A DNA stretch of 64,000 nt from IMG/VR virus record IMGVR_UViG_3300028591_000124, positions 1-64,000 of that record. One strand, written 5' to 3'. This document shows, in pieces, positions 30,836 to 40,297 of this stretch. The number at the start of each line of letters is the position of its first letter. The first letter of the stretch is position 1. This stretch comes from a virus (Duplodnaviria > Caudoviricetes). The translations under genes were made by a program, and so were the position numbers. Under the pieces are notes generated by a model that saw nothing but the letters and a program-made list of their open reading frames with translations, was not told the DNA's origin and ran no database searches.

Positions 30836-31370
30836 TCATTTGGCGTTTGTATGGTCTGAACAACATCTTCCCTACAGGGATCACGCCACATTCCATTAGG
30901 CAGCTTTCAAAACTTAAAGGGGAATAAGCGATACCATTTGGAACACGAATAACCTTAATGCCGATATTTGAAAAATCCCTGTCTCTATTTGAATCATAAA
31001 CAATTGCATTTATGTTCTGGTGACTACGGCCATCAATCTCAATAGCGGTCTTTATAGATGGAATGTAAAAATCCAGAAAATAAGGTTTTCCGTGAATGCA
31101 AAATGGTGCCTGGTGAAGAAAATTTATTTTATGGCCTAACATTACACCAAAAGCCATCAACTCATAAATATTTGCTTTGTCTTGGAGCTCACACATATTT
31201 GTGAGTATCCAGTCACGCCTATGTTCTGGAATAAATCTTATTCTCGTTTGAAGTTCATCGGATGTGAATTTTTGCGCATTGTATGATACCAAAGTACGCC
31301 TAAGAAGATTGTAATACTCTGGACTATTTATCCGATACTCTTGATTGTTGATTTTATAAAAATACGGCAT
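30768..31370 (-). CDS. DUF559/Vsr-like PD-(D/E)XK endonuclease
   Basis: FLHQAPF, YFLDFY, AIEIDGRSH, DSNRD, GIKVIRVPN. Confidence 0.85.
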   Translation of the reverse strand: MPYFYKINNQEYRINSPEYYNLLRRTLVSYNAQKFTSDELQTRIRFIPEHRRDWILTNMCELQDKANIYELMAFGVMLGHKINFLHQAPFCIHGKPYFLDFYIPSIKTAIEIDGRSHQNINAIVYDSNRDRDFSNIGIKVIRVPNGIAYSPLSFESCLMECGVIPVGKMLFRPYKRQMNAQERKQYQEYKKSKIKKNGKI

Positions 31371-31467
31371 AACTCCATCTTTTTAAGTTGGGAATTATGC
31401 CCTGATTCAATTACACACAATTTCGTGATTTTTGGCTGGGTGGCCACATTATTTTTTTAATAAATGC

Positions 31468-32017
31468 CAGAACTACGGAGAGCTGACAATTCCTCTATAG
31501 CGAGGTGTCGTATCGCTCCGAAAGTTCTGCTCATTATCCCGTTACGTATTCGGGAAGAAGTCAACCATTTATGCCATTTACTGACTTCCGAGCGAGACTG
31601 AAGACGCGGAATCATACGTCCTGTCCGTCTAAACCGTACTGGAACGGTTGTCTCAGGGAGCTATTAGGAATCCAGTCCTTCTGCTTCGCCGTGCTCCCGA
31701 TTGCGAGTGGTTAATTCGCAACCCAATCCATTGGCGTGGTGCATTGCTACTAAACACCTCTCGTTCATGTCCGAGTGCCGTCATCGCGCCGAGACTATAC
31801 TGGGATCTCTCATTTTCCAGATATAGCTATGCTACATGAACAAAGTCCACTTCCCAATTTAGCACCCCTGTTGCGCCCGTATAGGGTAGTCGTAATGCGT
31901 CAGGACTGTTTTTGTCAGAGCACCTTACTATCAAGCGACCCAAGTTCAGTGCCATCTGCCAGTTCTTTGAAATTATCGGGTTTTGGAACTGGTAGCCCAA
32001 TATCGGTGGCCTGACTG
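31468..32017 (+). ncRNA. Large (~550 nt) highly structured non-coding element (RNA or ssDNA)
   Basis: Back-to-back helices, GC-richer than flanks, no credible ORF; G-U wobbles favour the + strand. Confidence 0.55.
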
Positions 32018-32019
32018 TA

Positions 32020-32145
32020 TAAAAACAATTATGGCCAAGTAGCTTAATTTGGGACCTACTACTTGACCATTCGTATTTAGAGCGGGAACAACTCCCGACA
32101 GTTAAATCAATATGTCCGTCGTTAGAGGTCCCAATCCTAACTACG
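32020..32145 (-). promoter_or_regulatory. Leader RNA with kissing-loop potential and terminator-like hairpin
   Basis: Hairpin loops TTGGGACCT and AGGTCCCAA are complementary; U-rich tract after the second hairpin. Confidence 0.55.
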
Positions 32146-32185
32146 GGTGCAAAGGTAAAAATTAAATTTGAAACTAAAAAATATT
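32145..32185 (-). promoter_or_regulatory. Leftward Bacteroidetes promoter
   Basis: TACCTTTG on minus strand at 32157-32150. Confidence 0.75.
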
Positions 32186-32428
32186 TTTTAAATTTTTAAG
32201 AATTATTTTTTGAAATAGTTCGTAACTACTTGAAACAAAGACAGTCACAAAACAAATTCCCCATATATATTATATATTACCTATTAAAATACGTGCGTGT
32301 GCGCGTGAAAAAGTGGCTGCGCAACATCTATAAAATCTTATTTGCGTACTAAATCCACATAACTCTGGAAAGTCTGATTTTCAAAGAGATAGTATTTTTT
32401 AATATGAATGTTAATACGAATTAACACG

Positions 32429-32470
32429 AAATATTTTTTAGATGCGAAAATAATTAGTAAATTTGCACCC
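32429..32470 (+). promoter_or_regulatory. Rightward Bacteroidetes promoter of replication operon
   Basis: TAAATTTG at 32458-32465. Confidence 0.75.
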
Positions 32471-32525
32471 AGAAATCAACGAAAAGTCAAATTTAGAGCT
32501 ATATAAACCCTAATATGAAGCAAAG

Positions 32526-33044
32526 TTGATTAAGAAGCACGGCAAGATTAAGGTTGAAGGAGGAGTCCTTTACCGACGGGAGCTGGATGAGGCCCTTGAC
32601 AAGCTTCCCGATGACGAATATCTTTTCGTCTTTGCCAACAAGGACAAGAACAGGGCAATGAACAAGCTTTCATATCTACACTCTGTTGTATTGAGGACGA
32701 TAGCCGAAGAGCTTGCTGAGCGCAACCCGGACAAAGAGCCGGTAACACCTTCACAATTATACAGGTATTTCGAAGAGATCTTCGCGCCGATTCATACCTG
32801 CGTAATTAACAATGAGAAGTTTGAATACTTTGACCTGAAATCGGAATCGTCAGCTGAAATAGGGGCAGTAAGTGAGAAAATTGCCCAGTATGTTGAGAAG
32901 AAATGGGGAATACATGTTCCAACCGAAGATGAATTAAATTCGGAACCATACTACAAGACATACGCCGAAGCCTATCTCAATCAGTGGAAAGGCTATTGGT
33001 CAGAATTTTTATCTCGTCGTAAAGAATTAAAAAAAGATGAGTGA
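32526..33044 (+). CDS. NinB/DUF1367-like recombination protein
   Basis: YLHSVVLRTIAE, KWGIHVP pattern; first gene of recombination operon. Confidence 0.45.
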   Translation: MIKKHGKIKVEGGVLYRRELDEALDKLPDDEYLFVFANKDKNRAMNKLSYLHSVVLRTIAEELAERNPDKEPVTPSQLYRYFEEIFAPIHTCVINNEKFEYFDLKSESSAEIGAVSEKIAQYVEKKWGIHVPTEDELNSEPYYKTYAEAYLNQWKGYWSEFLSRRKELKKDE

Positions 33045-34485
33045 GAATTCTAAAATCAATTACAGAGATTTACTTAAGAAAACTGCGGTAACTTATGAGC
33101 AGACCGTAGAACGTGTAAAATCAGAGCAGCAGAGACCCCAGGTTGACCGCTTCCGCATTGGTGAAGATGGTGACTATGCTGTTCGTATTCTTCCGCTTGC
33201 TCCTTATCTTACCAGTGACGGTCAGATTGATGAGACACGTCCTCTGCGTGAGTCGTTCGAGTATCCGCTGAAGCAGATGTTCCTTGATATTAAGGGTGAA
33301 CCCAAGAAGAAGGGGGGCAAACCTTCTGTCATCAACATCCCTGTTATCTGTGCCACTCAGGATGGTGTCGGTAAGTCTGTTGACTTGATTGATACCTACA
33401 AGAAGCTTGTCAAGGAATATTATCCTGATGACAAGGAGATCATCGATCTGGTGAACAAGGGCCGTTTCGAGAAGGGTCTGAAGTGGAGTTATCTTCGCGT
33501 TCTCTATGTGTTTGACTTGGATTCCAACAAGCGCACACCTCTGTTGTGGCAACCTTCATTTGCACAGTACAATGACTTCGTTGATCGCCAGATTAAGCTC
33601 TGGGATAAACTGAAGGCTAAGAATTCTGATGCTGAGGATCCCCTGGCTGGTTTCGGTGTGTCTTACGCTCTTGAAATTACACGTAAGACCGAGAACAAGA
33701 AGACCGGTTATTCGTTCAATATCGACATGACCAGCGAGGACGAGCTGGACGATAAGGATATGGAGGCATTGTTCAATGCTCCACGTATTCCTGATGTCAT
33801 CTACCGTTATACCAAGTATCAGATGGAGGCTACCATTGAATTCCTGAAGCAGTATGATGAAGAGCATGGTCTTGACATCATGCAGGAGGAGGCAATGCTG
33901 AATGCTATCGATAAGCTGAAGGGTGAACTGGATGCAAATGACCAGAGTCACTTCGATCTCGCTACTGCCGGTGATGGTAAGGGTGAAGGTGGTGCCGGTA
34001 AGCTGACCTTGGAGCAGTTGAATGACCGCTATGATGCACTCTTGGATGCTGGTCTTGCCGATGATTCAGATGAGGGTATCGAGCTTCGTGAGGACATCCG
34101 CGCTTATGTTGAGGAGAACGACCTGAAGGTTACGATGAAGCACTCTATGAGTACGGCTGATATTCTTGATGCTGTTGAGGAGGCTGAGCAGAATAAGCCT
34201 GCCACCACAACAAAGAAGGACGAACAAGAGCCTGAACCGGAGCCTGAGCAAGCACCAGCCCGTCGTTCACGTCGTGCTGCCGAGCCAGAGCCAGAACCAG
34301 AGCCCAAGAATGAGCCGGAGCCTGAGCCAGAACCAGAGCCTGAGCAGACTGGTCGCCGCCGTCGTGCTGCAAGACCAACACGCGAGGATGATAACGATGC
34401 AACTCCTGAAAACAAGGAGAACGAGGCACCAGCAGAAGAAAATACAGGTGAGCGTCGCCGTCGCCGTCGTTCAACAGCTGAATAA
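33037..34485 (+). CDS. Single-stranded DNA-binding protein (gp32-like) with PE-repeat/Arg-rich tail
   Basis: VRILP motif, OB-like core, context with SbcCD. Confidence 0.6.
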   Translation: MSENSKINYRDLLKKTAVTYEQTVERVKSEQQRPQVDRFRIGEDGDYAVRILPLAPYLTSDGQIDETRPLRESFEYPLKQMFLDIKGEPKKKGGKPSVINIPVICATQDGVGKSVDLIDTYKKLVKEYYPDDKEIIDLVNKGRFEKGLKWSYLRVLYVFDLDSNKRTPLLWQPSFAQYNDFVDRQIKLWDKLKAKNSDAEDPLAGFGVSYALEITRKTENKKTGYSFNIDMTSEDELDDKDMEALFNAPRIPDVIYRYTKYQMEATIEFLKQYDEEHGLDIMQEEAMLNAIDKLKGELDANDQSHFDLATAGDGKGEGGAGKLTLEQLNDRYDALLDAGLADDSDEGIELREDIRAYVEENDLKVTMKHSMSTADILDAVEEAEQNKPATTTKKDEQEPEPEPEQAPARRSRRAAEPEPEPEPKNEPEPEPEPEPEQTGRRRRAARPTREDDNDATPENKENEAPAEENTGERRRRRRSTAE

Positions 34486-34508
34486 TCTACGCATCTTCTT
34501 TTAATTCT

Positions 34509-34545
34509 GGGAGGTGTCGCTCCCCATAAAGGAATGACACCTCCC
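34509..34545 (+). terminator. Stem-loop after SSB gene
   Basis: GGGAGGTGTC...GACACCTCCC. Confidence 0.6.
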
Positions 34546-34568
34546 TTAATCATTAAAAAGTATAGGTT

Positions 34569-35615
34569 ATGAAGCACCCAAGTTTTTTATTGGTTAACGA
34601 CTTGCATGTTGACAAGAACTGTATTGAGGATTTTAATCTCAATTGGGATGAAATGCTTGAACAGTGTAAGGCCAACAAGGTAAGCTCTGTTGCAATTGGT
34701 GGTGACATCTTCACTTCCAGGTCTTCTCAGACTTTGGATGTATTGATGACTGTCCGTGATGCATTTGATCGTGCTGAAAGGGCTGGTGTCACTTTGTGGA
34801 TTGCTTTGGGAAACCATGATCTTTTGGATCAAGAGGCTACTTATGGCTATCCAGATATTTTTGACTCTCATGGTAATGTTTGTCTGATTAATAATAAGCC
34901 TGAGATTCTTGAAGTTGGTGGTGATTTCTACTTGGCCATTATGCGTTACTGGAAAGAAGAAACAACATTTCCAGGCAAGATGGAAGAGCTCCGTGAAATC
35001 CTTTCTGAAAAAAATATAGATCCAAGTCAGGTTATTCTTTATATTCATGAAGGCATTCATGGTGGCCTTGGTGATTTTGAAGCACCTAATGAAGTTCCGC
35101 AAGAGGTTTTTAAAGGATTCAGGAGTGTATTGGTTGGGCATTATCACAACAGGAAGAAAATCGATGGCACCCAGATTGAATATATAGGTTCTTCTCGCCA
35201 GGCTAATTTTGGAGAGGACGAACATAAGGGATACACATTGTTGTGGTCAGATGGCACCCATTCATTTATTGAGAATCAAGTCAACACCCGTTATGTTACT
35301 TTTGAAAAGGATTTTGAAGAACTGAATAATGCAGCTTTGAAGGCCATTTCTGAGTGGCGTGATGATGACTACAAGATACGTTTGAAGATTAATTGTACAG
35401 ATGCACAATCAAAATTGATCGACAAACAAGCTCTTTTTGCAGCTGGAGTAACAAAAATCGAAGCTGAGACTGAGGAAACAAAGGTTGAAAAAGTAACCGA
35501 TGAAGACCTCAGTAAAAAGTTTGACAAGAAAGGCATCCAGACTGAATATGAGACTTACTGCAATGGTAAGAACATCAGTAGTGAACTTGGTATGAAATAT
35601 CTAAATCAAATTTAA
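34569..35615 (+). CDS. sbcD: SbcD/Mre11-like metallophosphoesterase nuclease
   Basis: DLH, GGD, GNHD, GHYH, YIGS motifs. Confidence 0.9.
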   Translation: MKHPSFLLVNDLHVDKNCIEDFNLNWDEMLEQCKANKVSSVAIGGDIFTSRSSQTLDVLMTVRDAFDRAERAGVTLWIALGNHDLLDQEATYGYPDIFDSHGNVCLINNKPEILEVGGDFYLAIMRYWKEETTFPGKMEELREILSEKNIDPSQVILYIHEGIHGGLGDFEAPNEVPQEVFKGFRSVLVGHYHNRKKIDGTQIEYIGSSRQANFGEDEHKGYTLLWSDGTHSFIENQVNTRYVTFEKDFEELNNAALKAISEWRDDDYKIRLKINCTDAQSKLIDKQALFAAGVTKIEAETEETKVEKVTDEDLSKKFDKKGIQTEYETYCNGKNISSELGMKYLNQI

Positions 35616-35617
35616 TC

Positions 35618-35812
35618 ATGGAACGCAAATTATTTTTCTTAGGGCTGTTTTTGGCGATTATTAGTCTTGCGAATCTTGTTTGTATTTGCAAGTTGATTTC
35701 TGTTCTGAATGGTAATGGGTGTTGGACCAGTATAGGCGTTGTCGCTGCAATGTGTGATATGCTTGTTGCTGCTGTTATAGTAATTGTTTTTGCGCTCAAA
35801 TATAACGATTAA
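35618..35812 (+). CDS. Small two-TM membrane protein
   Basis: Hydrophobic 64-aa ORF filling the gap between sbcD and sbcC. Confidence 0.5.
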   Translation: MERKLFFLGLFLAIISLANLVCICKLISVLNGNGCWTSIGVVAAMCDMLVAAVIVIVFALKYND

Positions 35813-35815
35813 GCT

Positions 35816-38200
35816 ATGTGGAACCTACAGTCTATTGAAGCAAGAAATATATGCTCATTCACTAAGCTTCAGTTTTTTATGAAGCAGAATGTGGCAACTC
35901 TCATTTTCGGCAACAACGAGGATGATGGAGAGAATCAGCAGCACAATGGTTCTGGTAAGTCGGCATTCATGGAGTGTATCGGCTTCGGAATCACAGGTGA
36001 GGCTTTTCGTAAAGTTGACACCATTGAAGACATAATTCGTGATGACGAGGATTACGCTGAGGTCAAATTGGACCTTTACAATCAGGAGTCAAACAAACGG
36101 ATGATAGTCTCCAGGCGTATAGAAAGAGGGCAGTCACAAAAAGTTGAAGTCACTATTGTTGAAAATGACATTCCGTCTTACATTCCTTTTGTGTCTGTTA
36201 TTGAGACCAATCGCCAGATACTTGAAATCCTGGGAATCTCAAAGGATGATTTGTACCACAATTATCTTTTGAATGCCAATCGTTTCAAGTCGTTCTTTAA
36301 TTCTTCTGATAAAGAGAAAAAAGAAATCATCAATACTTTCTCGAATGGTATTATTGTTGACGAGGCCATCGAAAAGTTGAAGGTTGATATTGAGGCAGCT
36401 GGTGAAGAGGCAGACAAGGCTAATCTGGAAGTCTCCAGAGTTACCGGTGCTATTGAGGCAATCCAGTCACAGATTGACGAGGCAGAAAATAATGCTGAAG
36501 CTATGGAGTCTCAGCGTAAGGAAAAAGTTGATGTTTTGAAGTCTAAGATTGCTTCTGAGCGTGAACAGATACGTTCTATCCAAAAGGAGATTGATGATGC
36601 ACATGATGATGCTACAAAACTCAATAATGCTGCCATTAAGATTGAGTCCATTGAGGATGCCGGTTTGGATTTGACTACTTTGAATCATCAGGTCAAAAAA
36701 GTATTGACAGAGGTTGGTTTTGAGTCCAAGATGACAGACTGGAATCTCAGAATTCAGAGTCTTAATGAGAAGAAAGAGAAAGATTCCCAGCTTGTTTCTG
36801 AATTGAATGCTGAACTAACTGGTATCCAGGCTAAGTTGAATGAGAGTAAGCGTCAGTTAGAAGAAGCTGGAGCAGAATATAATAAGGTAAAAGAGTCAAA
36901 TCACCAGAAGGACGAGGCTGACCAGAAGGAGATTATTGAAATTCAGGAGGACATAAAGAAATATGAAGAGAAGTCCAAAAAGATTCTGAATGATATTATT
37001 GCTACCAATGAACAGATTGCCAATGCCAGACACGATATTGTGAAACTGACAGCCGCTATCAATGGTGCTGTTGAATGCCCGAATTGTCATCATAAGTTTG
37101 CTTTGGATTCAAATTTGTCCGTTGACGAGCTTAAGGTTGAACTGGATCAGAAAGATGCCAGTGTAAAGAATATGGAAGAAGATGTTGAGTCTTACAGATC
37201 TAAGAAATCCAAGAATGACGAGGAAATCGAAAATTGCAGACTTGACATGCAAGATATTCGTGATGACATCCAGAAACGTTCTAATGCACTGAGTGAGCTC
37301 TTCAATAAAGGACAGGCTTTCCGTCATTCTTATAATGGCAATAAAGAGGAATTCGATAAGTTGGAAGAGCGTATCAATTCTTTGAAGTCCAGTATCAGTA
37401 ATGCTGAGAATGAAATCGCAAAACTCTCAGAATCTATTGTTACTGAGGCACTGGATATTCTGGATGGCCAGATTGACGAACTGAAGCGCACACAGAAAAC
37501 CAAGAAGGCTCAGATTGAAGGATGTAAGTCTGCTATTGAGGTAAATGAGGCTTCTATTAAGGAGCTGGAGAGTGCTACGGTTTCAGATCATGTTGATAAA
37601 TTACGCGCTACTCTGGAATCTAAGGAATCAGAGAAGAAAGAGGTTGATGCTGTATTCCGTGAGAAGCAGGCAGCTCTCAATGAGCTGAAAGAACAGGAAG
37701 TGCGTTTTGTTAATTTCAAGACTCACCTGGCTAATACCAAAATCAATTCGATCTCACAGATTACAAATCAGGTACTCCAAGACATCAAGAGCCCAATTCG
37801 TGTTCATCTTTCTGGGTTTACCGTTACAAAGTCAGGAAAGGTGCGCGATAAGATTTCCGTATCAGTATCAAAGAACGGTATCGATTGTGGGTCATTCCTG
37901 AAGTGTTCTGCTGGTGAGAAAGCTCGTATTATGTTCGCTAATATCGTAGCCATGCAGCGTATGACCAATCTCACAGCGTTAGGTGGTGGCCTGAATCTTA
38001 TCTGTATTGATGAGATTATGGATAACTGTGAAGAGGCCGGATTGATGAGTGTTGCTGAAATGGCAAACGAACTTGGAATCACGGTTCTGATGATTACCCA
38101 GGGTAAGACCTCAGAGAACTATCCATACGAGTTGGTTGTTACCAAGCGTTGCGGTGTATCATTCATTTCAAAACAGCCTAAATCAGATGAAAACGCTTAA
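35816..38200 (+). CDS. sbcC: SbcC/Rad50-like ATPase
   Basis: NGSGKS, coiled coils with CPNC hook, SAGE signature, CIDE Walker B. Confidence 0.92.
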   Translation: MWNLQSIEARNICSFTKLQFFMKQNVATLIFGNNEDDGENQQHNGSGKSAFMECIGFGITGEAFRKVDTIEDIIRDDEDYAEVKLDLYNQESNKRMIVSRRIERGQSQKVEVTIVENDIPSYIPFVSVIETNRQILEILGISKDDLYHNYLLNANRFKSFFNSSDKEKKEIINTFSNGIIVDEAIEKLKVDIEAAGEEADKANLEVSRVTGAIEAIQSQIDEAENNAEAMESQRKEKVDVLKSKIASEREQIRSIQKEIDDAHDDATKLNNAAIKIESIEDAGLDLTTLNHQVKKVLTEVGFESKMTDWNLRIQSLNEKKEKDSQLVSELNAELTGIQAKLNESKRQLEEAGAEYNKVKESNHQKDEADQKEIIEIQEDIKKYEEKSKKILNDIIATNEQIANARHDIVKLTAAINGAVECPNCHHKFALDSNLSVDELKVELDQKDASVKNMEEDVESYRSKKSKNDEEIENCRLDMQDIRDDIQKRSNALSELFNKGQAFRHSYNGNKEEFDKLEERINSLKSSISNAENEIAKLSESIVTEALDILDGQIDELKRTQKTKKAQIEGCKSAIEVNEASIKELESATVSDHVDKLRATLESKESEKKEVDAVFREKQAALNELKEQEVRFVNFKTHLANTKINSISQITNQVLQDIKSPIRVHLSGFTVTKSGKVRDKISVSVSKNGIDCGSFLKCSAGEKARIMFANIVAMQRMTNLTALGGGLNLICIDEIMDNCEEAGLMSVAEMANELGITVLMITQGKTSENYPYELVVTKRCGVSFISKQPKSDENA

Positions 38201-38705
38201 TGATGTATTGCAGGCGGGACTTCGTAAAAACGAGGTTCTTGCCTTGGATATTGCTGAACACTGCGGTTATTACTCCAGTGTTGACAACTATGGTGTGGCA
38301 CATTTCCCAGCTAATGACAAAGCACCAAAATATCTTGGTGCCGACTATAGCCAGTATGTTGCGTTTGCCGACTGGTTGGAGAAGATGATCATCGATAACG
38401 GTATTAAGGTTTTGGCTGTTGAGGATTTGAAATTCTCAAAATTCGCATTGGCCACTATCAAACTTGCCCAGCTTCATGGAATAATGCTTCTCGTAGCTGC
38501 CGAAATGGATATTCCGGTTAGGTATTTCAATGTACCAAGCATCAAGAAACACACCACTGGTGATGGACGCGCTGACAAGGCTAAAATGCTTAAGTATGCA
38601 GCGGAACGGTATCACCTTGATTTTGAAGGAAAGCATGATGCCTGTGATGCATCATGTGTCTGGTTCTATTTCATTCATTTGTACAATAACGATTTAAAAC
38701 GATAA
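38187..38705 (+). CDS. RuvC-like Holliday junction resolvase
   Basis: VLALD, LAVED, IKKHTTGDGRADK, DACDA; likely start 38187. Confidence 0.85.
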   Translation: MKTLNDVLQAGLRKNEVLALDIAEHCGYYSSVDNYGVAHFPANDKAPKYLGADYSQYVAFADWLEKMIIDNGIKVLAVEDLKFSKFALATIKLAQLHGIMLLVAAEMDIPVRYFNVPSIKKHTTGDGRADKAKMLKYAAERYHLDFEGKHDACDASCVWFYFIHLYNNDLKR

Positions 38706-38709
38706 AATT

Positions 38710-39066
38710 ATGGGATGCGTAGCAAAAACAAAAAAGATTAAGTTTTCCAAGATGTTGATGGAAGACGTTCTATTAACGCTTGTGACGAAGTACGTTCTGT
38801 ATCTTCGTGGTGAGGAAATGTTCAAGTTTAATGGCGTTCCAGTTGACACCACTGTTACTTATCATGAGGATGGCTCTTTCACTCCGACTGAAGAGGGTAT
38901 CGCTGAGACATTTAAATTTATGAACAACATCTGGGAACGTCAGGTCAGACATAGAATGAAAGAGGAGTCATGGCCAAAGTATATCGATATGTTCAAACAG
39001 TCAATCTCGAAGGAATGGAACGCAAGCAAGAAGTCTTCTTCGACAGCAACGGAAAGCCAATCCTAA
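38710..39066 (+). CDS. Hypothetical protein
   Basis: 118-aa ORF in operon. Confidence 0.5.
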   Translation: MGCVAKTKKIKFSKMLMEDVLLTLVTKYVLYLRGEEMFKFNGVPVDTTVTYHEDGSFTPTEEGIAETFKFMNNIWERQVRHRMKEESWPKYIDMFKQSISKEWNASKKSSSTATESQS

Positions 39067-39692
39067 ACGGTAAGGATCCCAGGGTAAACAACGAGTTATT
39101 TGAGGAGTATATACTTCCCAATTATGACATGGTGCTTACACTGACAAGGAAATACACAGATCGTCCGGAGAACGTTGACGAAAATTTCGCCATCGTTCTC
39201 ACGGAGTTCTATAAGTATATCCAATCCTATAATCCAGAAAAGCCGCTAAAAACATGGATTCACATTTGTACTAAACGTTGTTGCCAGGAACAGAACAAGA
39301 GGCGGTTTGATCAGGATTCCAAGTATTCTGATAATGACCCGTATTCCTCTTCTGTTGCCAGAGAACACATCATGCAGACTGGAGCATTTACTACGCATGA
39401 TATGAGTCATGGGCTTTCCGACGAGATTGTGACAGCTCTTAGGATGATTCAGCCTCATAAATTGTCGGCATTCATTCTTCAGGTGCAGGGTTACTCCATC
39501 AAGGAAATCACCGAGATCGAATATATGCGTGGTCACTTGAAACGCAAGAATGAAGAAAACGTCAAAAGCAGAATCTTCCAGGCCCGTAAGGAACTGAGAG
39601 AGCTGCTGAATCGAGACGGTACTATCAAAAGTGAGTTGTTGAAGTTGATTTTAAAAAAGAGGATGCAAGGTGGAACAGGAGAAAGTAAGTAG
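38970..39692 (+). CDS. Phage sigma-70/ECF-like sigma factor
   Basis: Region 2 (YIQSYNPEKPLKTWIH) and region 4 (GYSIKEI...VKSRIFQARKEL). Confidence 0.85.
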   Translation: MAKVYRYVQTVNLEGMERKQEVFFDSNGKPILNGKDPRVNNELFEEYILPNYDMVLTLTRKYTDRPENVDENFAIVLTEFYKYIQSYNPEKPLKTWIHICTKRCCQEQNKRRFDQDSKYSDNDPYSSSVAREHIMQTGAFTTHDMSHGLSDEIVTALRMIQPHKLSAFILQVQGYSIKEITEIEYMRGHLKRKNEENVKSRIFQARKELRELLNRDGTIKSELLKLILKKRMQGGTGESK

Positions 39693-40284
39693 GACGATTA
39701 AGATTTTTGTCCGTATCATCAATAAAATAGACCAAAAATGGAGACTACCTGGAGGTGGCCAGCCTGAATTGTATATTGCAAATGGTCTTGCTGGTCTGGA
39801 GAAGATGTTTCCAATGGGAATGTCTGACCAACGAATAGCAGACTACATTGTGTATCAATTGTATCGGTATGCAGACAATATAGCCGGTGTAGCTCCGACA
39901 CATTTTCAGTATTCTTGGTGTTTCAGTGAAACCGCATTGGCAAAGTACAAGAACCAGTATTTTGGCACTGGAAATCCGAGGATCGACTATTATATTGATC
40001 AGTGGCTAAAAGGGCTTGGTATTCAGCGTCAGCAAGTTGTTGAATATATCTCAGGCCCAAAACCTAATAAATGGAGAAAATATCTTGAAATGCCAAGTGA
40101 CGAATTGGTAAAGAGACGGTTCCACAACACAGAAAACGGATTTGTCCTGTGTTCTTCGAGGACAATGGGGTGGAGTCCTGGCTCTAAGGCATGTCAAGAA
40201 TGCAATTTCATAGGTAAATGCAAGCAAGTTACTGGGAAGAGATACCCAGAATTGCTTAGGTTAAGAGAAGAAAATAAGAATTAA
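39670..40284 (+). CDS. Hypothetical protein with Cys cluster
   Basis: CQEC...KC; upstream of helicase. Confidence 0.5.
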   Translation: MEQEKVSRTIKIFVRIINKIDQKWRLPGGGQPELYIANGLAGLEKMFPMGMSDQRIADYIVYQLYRYADNIAGVAPTHFQYSWCFSETALAKYKNQYFGTGNPRIDYYIDQWLKGLGIQRQQVVEYISGPKPNKWRKYLEMPSDELVKRRFHNTENGFVLCSSRTMGWSPGSKACQECNFIGKCKQVTGKRYPELLRLREENKN

Positions 40285-40297
40285 AAGAAGATCAATT

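Noticed and set aside
31790-31830. GAGACTA...AGATATAG resembling group I intron R/S elements
   Set aside because: P7 would not pair canonically (TAGCT, not TAGTC), there is no room for the P3 3' strand, and no interrupted gene flanks it
31838-31856. AAAGTCC resembling the RNase P RNA motif
   Set aside because: Lacks the GAGGAAAGUCC context and the matching 3' P4 strand
31505-32014. Short + strand ORFs (63-79 aa)
   Set aside because: Non-ATG starts, overlapping frames, atypical composition; better explained as structured non-coding sequence
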